A stretch of DNA of 62,041 nucleotides, filler included, from Stramenopiles sp. TOSAG23-6 (GCA_900128565.1; 11 parts of 11 records of this genome joined end to end with filler, not necessarily neighbours in it), one strand, 5' to 3'. Shown: positions 10,937-23,624, numbered from the whole stretch's first letter. Numbers and translations: made by a program. Notes: a model not told the origin generated them from the sequence alone.

Positions 10937-11419
10937 TGACTATGAGAGTGAAGCTAAATAAATATGTTAGTTCGTATCCGAAAAAAAAACTACAATCTAT
11001 CAAATACTATTGATAAATAGAATGGTAAAAAAAAAATAACATTGTATAGTAGTATATTATATAGAAACAAAAATCAAAAAGTTATGATTTGTAGATTAGT
11101 TTCGTACTATATTTTTATTATATACATAAATAAAATGGTACTTAAGTGACTTGCCATTACTATTAGTCTTTTGTGTAGGTTTTTTTTTCCTAAACTTTTT
11201 ATTTTGTACCAAATTTCGTACCTNNNNNNNNNNNNNNNNNNNNNNNNNNNNNNNNNNNNNNNNNNNNTTAATTAATTAANNNNNNNNNNNNNNNNNNNNN
11301 NNNNNNNNNNNNNNNNNNNNNNNTTTNGNAAAANATTTNAAAAAAAAAAAACTAAAATTTGTTAGGTACAAATTTTTTATAAAAAAATAAATTCGAAATT
11401 GAAAATAAATAAAACATAC

Positions 11420-12416
11420 ATAAACTATTCATATAATGATTCTCGAATCTTTTGATGAGATCAGCTTTACGTCCTGCTATGTAGTAAAAAATATGTTACA
11501 TTCAAAATTTGTTAGGTACAAAATTTCGTACGAAAACTAAAAAAAAAAATAAATTCAAAATTGAAAACATACATGTATCGAGGCCCAATTCTTTCAATTC
11601 TGCCTTGAGTACAGCGACAGTTTTTTTCCCTTTTTTTTTTCCTTTTTCTTTCATAGTTTTTTTTCCCATCGATTTCTTAGAAACGAAAGTGGCGTCATTG
11701 TATATAATGTCATCCACGGGTATATTTACGGGTATAGTTTCAAATATATTGTCATCGCCTTGGACAGAAATATTTTCATTGTTTTTGCTACTTACTTCAC
11801 TCTTTCGGTTAGGGTTTTCACTTTGTGTCTCAACTGTTTTTGTACGGTTGACTTCAATGGCTCTAAGAAGTTGCTCTGCTTGTTGATTTCCGACTTTTTC
11901 CAGTATGATAATTTTTCGAGATTGCTTTGCGATAAGTTTTTCAGAAGAACACAAACGTCCACGGAGGTCTGCAATAGTTTTTGTGGCAGCATTTGTCGAA
12001 ATTGTTTTCATTTCTTCGATATTGCCTTTAGCAGATAATGCTTCAGCTAAGTTGGCTTCAGCTATATTTCTTGCACATTGCTCTTCCTTTATGCATCTTT
12101 GATTTTGTTCTATTTGAGATCTAGTCATTTTTAATTCTCCAGAAAGTGTCGAGGTGGTATTTTCCTGTATGATAGAGTTCTCAGCAAAAGTTTTTATTAT
12201 GCGCGTCAACGATGATTGCTGACACCAATTATTTTCTCGGTTTTGATGACCTTTCTGAATTGCATCATGTTTGGCTAGTATGTGATTTTTTTTATCATCA
12301 TAGAATCTGATACAATTTAAAGCATTTGTTGCTTCAAGTGCTGCTAACTCAAGACGTTGGCGTACTAACAATTTGGTGTGTGAATTTTCCTTCACTTCTA
12401 AAGTGTTCGCGACCAT
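11420..12416 (-). CDS. Coiled-coil protein with a SAP domain, 3'-partial; exons 12416-11573 and 11476-11420
   Basis: Splicing gives KTVAVLKAELKELGLDT|SGRKADLIKRF, matching the SAP consensus. Confidence 0.75.
11477..11572 (-). mobile_element. Introner-like intron, GT..AG (one of two AG-ending copies)
   Basis: acat|GTATGTTTT...TACTACATAG|ca; restores the SAP motif. Confidence 0.85.
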
Positions 12417-12815
12417 TTTTACAAACTTTAACTTACTTTCAAATATACAGAAATATCTTGGTATAGAGAAGCCTTTAAATAAATGATGCTGAATGAAAGT
12501 TTACAGTGCAATAACGACAGAGCTCAACTATATAAGATTCTACAGCGGAGTAATCTTTTATTTTTTGGGTTTTCTCGAACTTGATTTTCGAGATTTGAAC
12601 AAGGTTATAGAATAACCTTGATTTGAATAATTAATTGGAAAAACGTGATGTTTTGAATTTGAATGATCCACTGTTACCCGGTACTTATGATCGATGACGA
12701 ATTTTGAAAAAAATAAAATACTTAAAAAAGAAAAAAAAACGACAAAAAAACGACACAATTTTTTTTTATCTTTTGCTTAAATATATTATTACACATTTTT
12801 TTTTTATCTTTTAGC

Positions 12816-14330
12816 TTAAATAAAGATCTCTTTCCCAACCATACCTTTCCCACCCACAGGTGCAATACTATCATCCACAGAGGGTTTCTTCTTCTTCTTT
12901 GGTCGTAAAATATTAGCTACAGTAGTGGATTTTGGATTACTCTTCACTGGTTCTATCGACCACCAACGGCGACGAATAAAAAATACAAATACAACTATCA
13001 CAATCATTGTAACAAAAATCAATAACAAAAGTGCGTAAAGACGTAAAATAAAGACAAATGGATGATTAATAAAGAGATCGCCACTTATGTTGTCATCCAT
13101 AAAGTTTTTTTCTTGCAAGAAACTTGGGGGGGCTTCATCGTCGTGTAATAATCCAGAAAAAGTCACAGCGCTCATAGCTGTTGAAGTTGAGGGAAACGTC
13201 AGAGCCATCATGTATTGTGAAAAAATATTTTGCAATCAAAATTCGTTAGGTACAAAATTNCTCATGNAAAAAAAANGAAANTTNATTTTGAAAACATATA
13301 TGCTTGGATGAATGCCCAGTTTTCTTAGAGTAAGTCGCCTCTGCCAGAATGCAACCAAAGTAGTTAGGAAGACAAATTGAGCCAATGTGAATAAGACAAT
13401 CGAGATAATATTACCAGTTCGAACACTCTTATTTCCGGTCAAATACTCTGACATAAAAAAATCTGCTCTCCTTACAATTCCGAAAACAAATGAAAGAAGC
13501 GACATAGGAGCTTGAAGCATAGATACTCTATAATCAGGTAATACTCTATTAGGATAACGAAGGACTCTGTAAATTTGTATGGGTACCAATATTGTAACTA
13601 GTCCAGCAGAAGCAAGTAGAGATCCAGCGATCAGCCAATGTGGTCCAACAGCACTACCAAATAAAGCGAGTAATGCCGTGTTGATTATCGGAGGGTTCCA
13701 CAATGGGCTAGGCAATTCACCATGAACCCAACAAACATATAGGAAACATATCGAAATTATAGGAGATGATACAACTCCTAAAATAGAAAAGTAAAACGTT
13801 CCGTCAACCACTGGATTGATGGCTAGAGGACAGAGAAGTAACAAAATTTGAATAATTGCGTAAGATACACATCCATCCACGGTGAAAAATTCTCTATAAA
13901 AGTCACTACATGGTCTTAGGCATATTCCTACAAGAACAAAAACTAATCCAATATACGTTATAAGTAAATATAATACAAGAAAGGAAAATCCAAAGTAGTA
14001 GAAAATTTCAGTTGATCCGTCAGTTGAAGGGCTTTCGAGTTTAAAATACATTGGACCAGCACCAGAGGTTTCGTCCATAATTTCTCTCCACAATACTGAG
14101 CCACCTAGCATCCCTAAAAACATTCCAATGCTACTTATTGGAAAGTTGATAAAGAAACTTCCGACGGAGTCAATTTTGCTTTTGTTAGTGCTTTTTCTTT
14201 TAGTAACTAATATTTTCCGAGTCTTTCTTTTTCTTTTCAAAGATTTCGCTGCTATAGGTGATTGCACTGTTACTGGTGTTGCTATTGCCACTACCGTAAT
14301 AGGGTTTTTTTTTTCTTCTCTCTTTATCAT
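12816..14330 (-). CDS. SLAC1/TDT (tellurite-resistance/dicarboxylate transporter) family membrane protein; exons 14330-13300 and 13209-12816
   Basis: Multi-TM; FPISSIGMFLG, PSPLWNPP, MLQAP and spliced HPS|MMALTFP resemble TDT-family motifs. Confidence 0.7.
13210..13299 (-). mobile_element. Introner-like intron, AT..AT
   Basis: agcat|ATATGTTTT...GTACCTAAC...CACAATACAT|g atg; contains an in-frame stop; removal restores PSMMALTFP. Confidence 0.85.
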
Positions 14331-14579
14331 AGTATGTAGTACATACAACAAAGATTAAATACTTGAAATAGATACTAACTAATGGTACTTTGTTTTGTGG
14401 TACCGTTATAAGATACGCTGTACTACTGTCAAATTCAATCAAAGTACGTAAGACGAGCAGGTTTGTTACGTATAATTGAAAGGAGGAACCGAAACCTTAC
14501 CGGATTTTGAGTGAGAGAGTTCGATTGGATGTGTACGTACTGGTTGGAGTTCGAATTTCTATAACATCTGCTTTGGACA

Positions 14580-16112
14580 ATGCAGCGTCCAGGAAAAGGT
14601 GATAGTCTATTACTTTCAGTTCAGGAAGATACAGAAAAATGCCTCTTACCTACTAGAAAAGTTTGTTCCGACCTTTCCGCTGTAGTTGAGAAAAAAACAC
14701 GTTGGGGGTCAGTTGATGCCTTGAGGGGGTTAATTATGATGGTTATGACCTTTAACGACTACGCTTACTACTCGTGGGCATACCTGGCACACAGTAGTTG
14801 GGCTGGAATCACAATTGCAGATTTCGAATTGCCTACGTTTATTTTTGTGATGGGTGTCAGTGTTGGAATATCATATGATAGGCTTCGTAAAATCCCCAAA
14901 AAAAAGGCCTTATTGCAAACTCTGCGTCGTTCTTTGACGTTGATTTTTCTAAACCTTATTTATAATGGTTTCTATCAGCGTTGGGACACCAAGCACTTGC
15001 GGATCCCTGGAGTATTATTTCGCATCGGTCTATGTTATGGGATCGTTACAACGATGATCATTTTATTACCGACGTTAAAACCTAATCGTAAAAACCAGTT
15101 CAAAGAAGTTTTTGAAATTGCTCCCCTTTGGTGTGGTGGAGCTTGCATATTTTGTATTTGGCTCTTGATTACTTATGGAATGCCTGTTTTTTGTAGAACA
15201 CGGAAAAATAGCTCATTCGACTTTGGTAGAAATAGCTCATTTGACTTTGGTAAAAATAGCTCGTTTGACTCCGGTTCGTATTTAACTGAGAAATCTCATA
15301 AACCAGTGTTTGGTTATACAGGTGCTGGAGGTTTAATGGCCCCCAAAGGTCTAGAAGGTTGCACGGCTGCCGCTCAAAGTGCAATAGATCTTTATTTTTT
15401 TGGCCAGAATCATATTCAAAGGCGAACACATGTAGGCTGCACATCTGATAAAACCATTATGTGCCCTAATCCAGTGGATGACTGCGGGTTACTAGGAACA
15501 CTACCTGCTGTCATTACCACTATAATAGGCGTGCAAGCTGGATTGACTATACTCCGTAGAAGCTCGGATGGAAGTCGCCAAGGATTCCGTGGTGTTCTTG
15601 TCCGTTTTATGATATATGCATTTTTACTAGGAATTTTAGCAACAATTATGACAGGAGGACATAGTTGGTTTGATTCACAGACGCCAAATGGTAGATATGT
15701 TTGGATTCCAATTGTGAAGACAACTTGGTCTCCATCATTTATCTGTGCAATGGCATGCATGGACTTTTTATTATTATCATTCTTCTTCTATATGATCGAT
15801 GCTCCAGCTTCATTGAGAAGAAAAGAAGCAAAAATGACAAATGAGGTTCCCAAGAATCAAAAATGTAGATGGCTTGGCCAACCGTTCATTTGGACTGGTC
15901 GAAATTCTGTCCTGATCTTCCTTGTTACGATTATGTGTTATGATTTCCTGCCATTCTGTCATCCTTCCTTTTGGCAGAAACGGACAATGTCAAAGGGTGA
16001 GACTGCATTAATTTGTGGTGTTGGTGGAAATTTTGTCTGGGTGTTTTTAGCTTGGCAACTTCATGCAAGAAAATGTTTCTGGGTAGTTGGTCGCGAACGA
16101 ATTGTATGGTAA
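14580..16112 (+). CDS. HGSNAT: Heparan-alpha-glucosaminide N-acetyltransferase (HGSNAT) family transmembrane acetyltransferase
   Basis: SVDALRGL, HSSWAGITIADF, FIFVMGVS, RIPGVLFRIG, GLLGTLPA, WIPIVKTTWSPSF; intronless. Confidence 0.85.
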   Translation: MQRPGKGDSLLLSVQEDTEKCLLPTRKVCSDLSAVVEKKTRWGSVDALRGLIMMVMTFNDYAYYSWAYLAHSSWAGITIADFELPTFIFVMGVSVGISYDRLRKIPKKKALLQTLRRSLTLIFLNLIYNGFYQRWDTKHLRIPGVLFRIGLCYGIVTTMIILLPTLKPNRKNQFKEVFEIAPLWCGGACIFCIWLLITYGMPVFCRTRKNSSFDFGRNSSFDFGKNSSFDSGSYLTEKSHKPVFGYTGAGGLMAPKGLEGCTAAAQSAIDLYFFGQNHIQRRTHVGCTSDKTIMCPNPVDDCGLLGTLPAVITTIIGVQAGLTILRRSSDGSRQGFRGVLVRFMIYAFLLGILATIMTGGHSWFDSQTPNGRYVWIPIVKTTWSPSFICAMACMDFLLLSFFFYMIDAPASLRRKEAKMTNEVPKNQKCRWLGQPFIWTGRNSVLIFLVTIMCYDFLPFCHPSFWQKRTMSKGETALICGVGGNFVWVFLAWQLHARKCFWVVGRERIVW

Positions 16113-16227
16113 AGAGTCTTGTTATAATTTGATTTGTTTTTTCATACAAATAAGAAATCTAAATGTATGGCGTGTAGTATTACTTTATTTATAAAAGAAC
16201 ACTGTCGTGTTAAAATGTAAAAAAAAA

Positions 16228-16826
16228 TTAAATATGATTCCAATCTCTTGTCCCAAATCCCTCCATGCCAATTCCAAGAATTTCTCTTTCTTCCTCAATA
16301 AATGGTAAAACTCTTCGGAAAATTCTAATTCGAAGCCATCTAGCAGATGCTAAAGGATACGCATGTCCGCATGACTTTGCGTGCTTTTTAAGTTCTCTTT
16401 TTGTGCGTAGTAATAAAACTTTCCGAACGATTTGAATTGTAGGAATACAAGTGGGCATCTTTTCTAGTGCCAGAGAAAGATCCCATGCGATGTTACAAAT
16501 AATGTCAAAGACAAAAAATTCGTTAGGTACAAAATTTCGTATGAAAAAATAAATAAATTCGAAATTAGTAAAACATTTATGATGAAAACGTACGACCATA
16601 TCTCGTTGTGATTGCATTTCCGCGTAAGTCTATGTATTTTGGAAAAATATTTCAAAAAAAAAAAAACTAAAATTTGTTAGGTGCAAAATTCCGTACGAAA
16701 AAAAAATCGATTTTTTTGTTAAAAAAAAAATAAAACATACATATATCGAAGTGCCGTATTATTTGGTAATGCCCTTGCTAAAAGACGAATTCCTTCAAGG
16801 CATTTATTTTCTAACTCAACGGTTGT
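16228..16826 (-). CDS. RNI-like leucine-rich-repeat protein, 5'-partial; exons 16826-16741, 16631-16594, 16487-16228
   Basis: Splicing gives GIRLLARALPNNTALRY|IDLRGNAITTRYG|xWDLSLAL. Confidence 0.75.
16488..16593 (-). mobile_element. Introner-like intron, GT..CG
   Basis: ggtc|GTACGTTTT...GTACCTAAC...TGTAACATCG|ca tgg; frame restored. Confidence 0.75.
16632..16740 (-). mobile_element. Introner-like intron, GT..AT
   Basis: tatat|GTATGTTTT...CCAAAATACAT|a gac; restores the LRR motif YIDLRGN. Confidence 0.9.
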
Positions 16827-17075
16827 ATGTATTTTGGAAAAATATTTCAAAAAAAATCTAAAAAAATTGTTAGGTACAANNNNNNNNNNNNNNNNNNNNN
16901 NNNNNNNNNNNNNNNNNNNNNNNTTAATTAATTAANNNNNNNNNNNNNNNNNNNNNNNNNNNNNNNNNNNNNNNNNNNNTTTNGNAAAANATTTNAAAAA
17001 AAAAAAACTAAAATTTGTTAGGTACAAATTTTTTATAAAAAAATAAATTCGAAATTGAAAATAAATAAAACATAC

Positions 17076-18072
17076 ATAAACTATTCATATAATGATTCTC
17101 GAATCTTTTGATGAGATCAGCTTTACGTCCTGCTATGTAGTAAAAAATATGTTACATTCAAAATTTGTTAGGTACAAAATTTCGTACGAAAACTAAAAAA
17201 AAAAATAAATTCAAAATTGAAAACATACATGTATCGAGGCCCAATTCTTTCAATTCTGCCTTGAGTACAGCGACAGTTTTTTTCCCTTTTTTTTTTCCTT
17301 TTTCTTTCATAGTTTTTTTTCCCATCGATTTCTTAGAAACGAAAGTGGCGTCATTGTATATAATGTCATCCACGGGTATATTTACGGGTATAGTTTCAAA
17401 TATATTGTCATCGCCTTGGACAGAAATATTTTCATTGTTTTTGCTACTTACTTCACTCTTTCGGTTAGGGTTTTCACTTTGTGTCTCAACTGTTTTTGTA
17501 CGGTTGACTTCAATGGCTCTAAGAAGTTGCTCTGCTTGTTGATTTCCGACTTTTTCCAGTATGATAATTTTTCGAGATTGCTTTGCGATAAGTTTTTCAG
17601 AAGAACACAAACGTCCACGGAGGTCTGCAATAGTTTTTGTGGCAGCATTTGTCGAAATTGTTTTCATTTCTTCGATATTGCCTTTAGCAGATAATGCTTC
17701 AGCTAAGTTGGCTTCAGCTATATTTCTTGCACATTGCTCTTCCTTTATGCATCTTTGATTTTGTTCTATTTGAGATCTAGTCATTTTTAATTCTCCAGAA
17801 AGTGTCGAGGTGGTATTTTCCTGTATGATAGAGTTCTCAGCAAAAGTTTTTATTATGCGCGTCAACGATGATTGCTGACACCAATTATTTTCTCGGTTTT
17901 GATGACCTTTCTGAATTGCATCATGTTTGGCTAGTATGTGATTTTTTTTATCATCATAGAATCTGATACAATTTAAAGCATTTGTTGCTTCAAGTGCTGC
18001 TAACTCAAGACGTTGGCGTACTAACAATTTGGTGTGTGAATTTTCCTTCACTTCTAAAGTGTTCGCGACCAT
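17076..18072 (-). CDS. SAP-domain coiled-coil protein (duplicate; intron 17133-17228)
   Basis: Identical to 11420-12416. Confidence 0.7.
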
Positions 18073-18471
18073 TTTTACAAACTTTAACTTACTTTCAAAT
18101 ATACAGAAATATCTTGGTATAGAGAAGCCTTTAAATAAATGATGCTGAATGAAAGTTTACAGTGCAATAACGACAGAGCTCAACTATATAAGATTCTACA
18201 GCGGAGTAATCTTTTATTTTTTGGGTTTTCTCGAACTTGATTTTCGAGATTTGAACAAGGTTATAGAATAACCTTGATTTGAATAATTAATTGGAAAAAC
18301 GTGATGTTTTGAATTTGAATGATCCACTGTTACCCGGTACTTATGATCGATGACGAATTTTGAAAAAAATAAAATACTTAAAAAAGAAAAAAAAACGACA
18401 AAAAAACGACACAATTTTTTTTTATCTTTTGCTTAAATATATTATTACACATTTTTTTTTTATCTTTTAGC

Positions 18472-19986
18472 TTAAATAAAGATCTCTTTCCCAACCATAC
18501 CTTTCCCACCCACAGGTGCAATACTATCATCCACAGAGGGTTTCTTCTTCTTCTTTGGTCGTAAAATATTAGCTACAGTAGTGGATTTTGGATTACTCTT
18601 CACTGGTTCTATCGACCACCAACGGCGACGAATAAAAAATACAAATACAACTATCACAATCATTGTAACAAAAATCAATAACAAAAGTGCGTAAAGACGT
18701 AAAATAAAGACAAATGGATGATTAATAAAGAGATCGCCACTTATGTTGTCATCCATAAAGTTTTTTTCTTGCAAGAAACTTGGGGGGGCTTCATCGTCGT
18801 GTAATAATCCAGAAAAAGTCACAGCGCTCATAGCTGTTGAAGTTGAGGGAAACGTCAGAGCCATCATGTATTGTGAAAAAATATTTTGCAATCAAAATTC
18901 GTTAGGTACAAAATTNCTCATGNAAAAAAAANGAAANTTNATTTTGAAAACATATATGCTTGGATGAATGCCCAGTTTTCTTAGAGTAAGTCGCCTCTGC
19001 CAGAATGCAACCAAAGTAGTTAGGAAGACAAATTGAGCCAATGTGAATAAGACAATCGAGATAATATTACCAGTTCGAACACTCTTATTTCCGGTCAAAT
19101 ACTCTGACATAAAAAAATCTGCTCTCCTTACAATTCCGAAAACAAATGAAAGAAGCGACATAGGAGCTTGAAGCATAGATACTCTATAATCAGGTAATAC
19201 TCTATTAGGATAACGAAGGACTCTGTAAATTTGTATGGGTACCAATATTGTAACTAGTCCAGCAGAAGCAAGTAGAGATCCAGCGATCAGCCAATGTGGT
19301 CCAACAGCACTACCAAATAAAGCGAGTAATGCCGTGTTGATTATCGGAGGGTTCCACAATGGGCTAGGCAATTCACCATGAACCCAACAAACATATAGGA
19401 AACATATCGAAATTATAGGAGATGATACAACTCCTAAAATAGAAAAGTAAAACGTTCCGTCAACCACTGGATTGATGGCTAGAGGACAGAGAAGTAACAA
19501 AATTTGAATAATTGCGTAAGATACACATCCATCCACGGTGAAAAATTCTCTATAAAAGTCACTACATGGTCTTAGGCATATTCCTACAAGAACAAAAACT
19601 AATCCAATATACGTTATAAGTAAATATAATACAAGAAAGGAAAATCCAAAGTAGTAGAAAATTTCAGTTGATCCGTCAGTTGAAGGGCTTTCGAGTTTAA
19701 AATACATTGGACCAGCACCAGAGGTTTCGTCCATAATTTCTCTCCACAATACTGAGCCACCTAGCATCCCTAAAAACATTCCAATGCTACTTATTGGAAA
19801 GTTGATAAAGAAACTTCCGACGGAGTCAATTTTGCTTTTGTTAGTGCTTTTTCTTTTAGTAACTAATATTTTCCGAGTCTTTCTTTTTCTTTTCAAAGAT
19901 TTCGCTGCTATAGGTGATTGCACTGTTACTGGTGTTGCTATTGCCACTACCGTAATAGGGTTTTTTTTTTCTTCTCTCTTTATCAT
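18472..19986 (-). CDS. SLAC1/TDT family protein (duplicate; intron 18866-18955)
   Basis: Identical to 12816-14330. Confidence 0.7.
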
Positions 19987-20235
19987 AGTATGTAGTACAT
20001 ACAACAAAGATTAAATACTTGAAATAGATACTAACTAATGGTACTTTGTTTTGTGGTACCGTTATAAGATACGCTGTACTACTGTCAAATTCAATCAAAG
20101 TACGTAAGACGAGCAGGTTTGTTACGTATAATTGAAAGGAGGAACCGAAACCTTACCGGATTTTGAGTGAGAGAGTTCGATTGGATGTGTACGTACTGGT
20201 TGGAGTTCGAATTTCTATAACATCTGCTTTGGACA

Positions 20236-21768
20236 ATGCAGCGTCCAGGAAAAGGTGATAGTCTATTACTTTCAGTTCAGGAAGATACAGAAAAATGCCT
20301 CTTACCTACTAGAAAAGTTTGTTCCGACCTTTCCGCTGTAGTTGAGAAAAAAACACGTTGGGGGTCAGTTGATGCCTTGAGGGGGTTAATTATGATGGTT
20401 ATGACCTTTAACGACTACGCTTACTACTCGTGGGCATACCTGGCACACAGTAGTTGGGCTGGAATCACAATTGCAGATTTCGAATTGCCTACGTTTATTT
20501 TTGTGATGGGTGTCAGTGTTGGAATATCATATGATAGGCTTCGTAAAATCCCCAAAAAAAAGGCCTTATTGCAAACTCTGCGTCGTTCTTTGACGTTGAT
20601 TTTTCTAAACCTTATTTATAATGGTTTCTATCAGCGTTGGGACACCAAGCACTTGCGGATCCCTGGAGTATTATTTCGCATCGGTCTATGTTATGGGATC
20701 GTTACAACGATGATCATTTTATTACCGACGTTAAAACCTAATCGTAAAAACCAGTTCAAAGAAGTTTTTGAAATTGCTCCCCTTTGGTGTGGTGGAGCTT
20801 GCATATTTTGTATTTGGCTCTTGATTACTTATGGAATGCCTGTTTTTTGTAGAACACGGAAAAATAGCTCATTCGACTTTGGTAGAAATAGCTCATTTGA
20901 CTTTGGTAAAAATAGCTCGTTTGACTCCGGTTCGTATTTAACTGAGAAATCTCATAAACCAGTGTTTGGTTATACAGGTGCTGGAGGTTTAATGGCCCCC
21001 AAAGGTCTAGAAGGTTGCACGGCTGCCGCTCAAAGTGCAATAGATCTTTATTTTTTTGGCCAGAATCATATTCAAAGGCGAACACATGTAGGCTGCACAT
21101 CTGATAAAACCATTATGTGCCCTAATCCAGTGGATGACTGCGGGTTACTAGGAACACTACCTGCTGTCATTACCACTATAATAGGCGTGCAAGCTGGATT
21201 GACTATACTCCGTAGAAGCTCGGATGGAAGTCGCCAAGGATTCCGTGGTGTTCTTGTCCGTTTTATGATATATGCATTTTTACTAGGAATTTTAGCAACA
21301 ATTATGACAGGAGGACATAGTTGGTTTGATTCACAGACGCCAAATGGTAGATATGTTTGGATTCCAATTGTGAAGACAACTTGGTCTCCATCATTTATCT
21401 GTGCAATGGCATGCATGGACTTTTTATTATTATCATTCTTCTTCTATATGATCGATGCTCCAGCTTCATTGAGAAGAAAAGAAGCAAAAATGACAAATGA
21501 GGTTCCCAAGAATCAAAAATGTAGATGGCTTGGCCAACCGTTCATTTGGACTGGTCGAAATTCTGTCCTGATCTTCCTTGTTACGATTATGTGTTATGAT
21601 TTCCTGCCATTCTGTCATCCTTCCTTTTGGCAGAAACGGACAATGTCAAAGGGTGAGACTGCATTAATTTGTGGTGTTGGTGGAAATTTTGTCTGGGTGT
21701 TTTTAGCTTGGCAACTTCATGCAAGAAAATGTTTCTGGGTAGTTGGTCGCGAACGAATTGTATGGTAA
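20236..21768 (+). CDS. HGSNAT: HGSNAT-family acetyltransferase (duplicate)
   Basis: Identical to 14580-16112. Confidence 0.85.
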   Translation: MQRPGKGDSLLLSVQEDTEKCLLPTRKVCSDLSAVVEKKTRWGSVDALRGLIMMVMTFNDYAYYSWAYLAHSSWAGITIADFELPTFIFVMGVSVGISYDRLRKIPKKKALLQTLRRSLTLIFLNLIYNGFYQRWDTKHLRIPGVLFRIGLCYGIVTTMIILLPTLKPNRKNQFKEVFEIAPLWCGGACIFCIWLLITYGMPVFCRTRKNSSFDFGRNSSFDFGKNSSFDSGSYLTEKSHKPVFGYTGAGGLMAPKGLEGCTAAAQSAIDLYFFGQNHIQRRTHVGCTSDKTIMCPNPVDDCGLLGTLPAVITTIIGVQAGLTILRRSSDGSRQGFRGVLVRFMIYAFLLGILATIMTGGHSWFDSQTPNGRYVWIPIVKTTWSPSFICAMACMDFLLLSFFFYMIDAPASLRRKEAKMTNEVPKNQKCRWLGQPFIWTGRNSVLIFLVTIMCYDFLPFCHPSFWQKRTMSKGETALICGVGGNFVWVFLAWQLHARKCFWVVGRERIVW

Positions 21769-21883
21769 AGAGTCTTGTTATAATTTGATTTGTTTTTTCA
21801 TACAAATAAGAAATCTAAATGTATGGCGTGTAGTATTACTTTATTTATAAAAGAACACTGTCGTGTTAAAATGTAAAAAAAAA

Positions 21884-22482
21884 TTAAATATGATTCCAAT
21901 CTCTTGTCCCAAATCCCTCCATGCCAATTCCAAGAATTTCTCTTTCTTCCTCAATAAATGGTAAAACTCTTCGGAAAATTCTAATTCGAAGCCATCTAGC
22001 AGATGCTAAAGGATACGCATGTCCGCATGACTTTGCGTGCTTTTTAAGTTCTCTTTTTGTGCGTAGTAATAAAACTTTCCGAACGATTTGAATTGTAGGA
22101 ATACAAGTGGGCATCTTTTCTAGTGCCAGAGAAAGATCCCATGCGATGTTACAAATAATGTCAAAGACAAAAAATTCGTTAGGTACAAAATTTCGTATGA
22201 AAAAATAAATAAATTCGAAATTAGTAAAACATTTATGATGAAAACGTACGACCATATCTCGTTGTGATTGCATTTCCGCGTAAGTCTATGTATTTTGGAA
22301 AAATATTTCAAAAAAAAAAAAACTAAAATTTGTTAGGTGCAAAATTCCGTACGAAAAAAAAATCGATTTTTTTGTTAAAAAAAAAATAAAACATACATAT
22401 ATCGAAGTGCCGTATTATTTGGTAATGCCCTTGCTAAAAGACGAATTCCTTCAAGGCATTTATTTTCTAACTCAACGGTTGT
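21884..22482 (-). CDS. LRR protein (duplicate; introns 22144-22249 and 22288-22396)
   Basis: Identical to 16228-16826. Confidence 0.7.
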
Positions 22483-22635
22483 ATGTATTTTGGAAAAATA
22501 TTTCAAAAAAAATCTAAAAAAATTGTTAGGTACAANNNNNNNNNNNNNNNNNNNNNNNNNNNNNNNNNNNNNNNNNNNNTTAATTAATTAANNNNNNNNN
22601 NNNNNNNNNNNNNNNNNNNNNNNNNNNNNNNNNNN

Positions 22636-23624
22636 CCACCAAATGCACCAGCTCCACCACGACCAAATGCACCACCACCAGTAGCTTGGAGATGATTGGG
22701 TGTTTGTTGTTGTTGAGCTGAAGCAGTAGAAGCACCAAGAGAATGAGCAAGAGCACCAACTCCGGAACCATCCGAAAGTTGATTACCATGACCAAGATGC
22801 AAGAGAAGTGCATCTAACGGTAAAAGTGCTAAAGCGCTTCCATTACCATAGGCTGATAAGTCTCCATTTCCCTTGTCCGCACGAGCTTTTGCAATATCCA
22901 AAGCTCTCATTAGATTACTGTAGTTGGAATGATGTGCAAGAGTTATTTCCCTTTTTAGCCTTTCATAATCTTCGTTATTATCATACAGTACATGATAAGC
23001 ACCAGCACGACGAGTAATTCCATCACCGCCTCCACCAGCAGCAGTTGCAGACACATTTTGTTGCTGTTGAGTGATGTGAGGGTCTTGATTTTGTCGTTGT
23101 TGAGTGATGTGAGGGTTTTGGTTATTACACATCTCACACTTTATATTTGTCATCTTTTGTATAAAAGTACACANACTACANTGCCAATCTGCTGTTGTTG
23201 NTGTAGAAGAAGCCGAAGCACTACCTGCAGCGCCACCCCCAGCAGAAGCAGCAGCATACGGAACCGCTACCGGAGCTCCACTACCACTACGACGACTTCC
23301 AGNTTTTCCAAAACTAGCAGCAGTTCCAGACAATGAAGTTTTAGCAGCCACCGCACCAGATGGAATTCCAATTGAAGCTTGTGTATGCGTTTGTNATGAC
23401 TGCACTGGNAATGCTTGTTGTGCGGACCCGGNCAACGTGCGTAAAAATTCAACATCATCATCAGTCGAAGAAGAAGGACTGTTTTGCCCTGNANCAGTCA
23501 AGTCAATAGGCGTGTTTGTCCCGTTGTCACCACTTAGANTANTAGCGCCATTACTGGTAATAATACATACGGAAAGAGTAATCAATACGCTTAGTATCGT
23601 ATTAATACAACAATGTCTTTTCAT
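22636..23624 (-). CDS. Signal-peptide protein with a RanBP2-type zinc finger, 3'-partial
   Basis: MKRHCCINTILSVLITLSVCII hydrophobic leader; WxCSxCTFIQKMTNIKCEMC; Gly/Ala-rich. Confidence 0.7.

Larger units (their letters stand above)
11324..22535. repeat. Identical duplicated contig (11324-16879 = 16980-22535)
   Basis: Offset 5656; even the N positions are shared. Confidence 0.97.

Noticed and set aside
11324-22535. Tandem segmental duplication
   Set aside because: The copies are separate contigs joined by an artificial linker and share N positions, so they are redundant assembly output.
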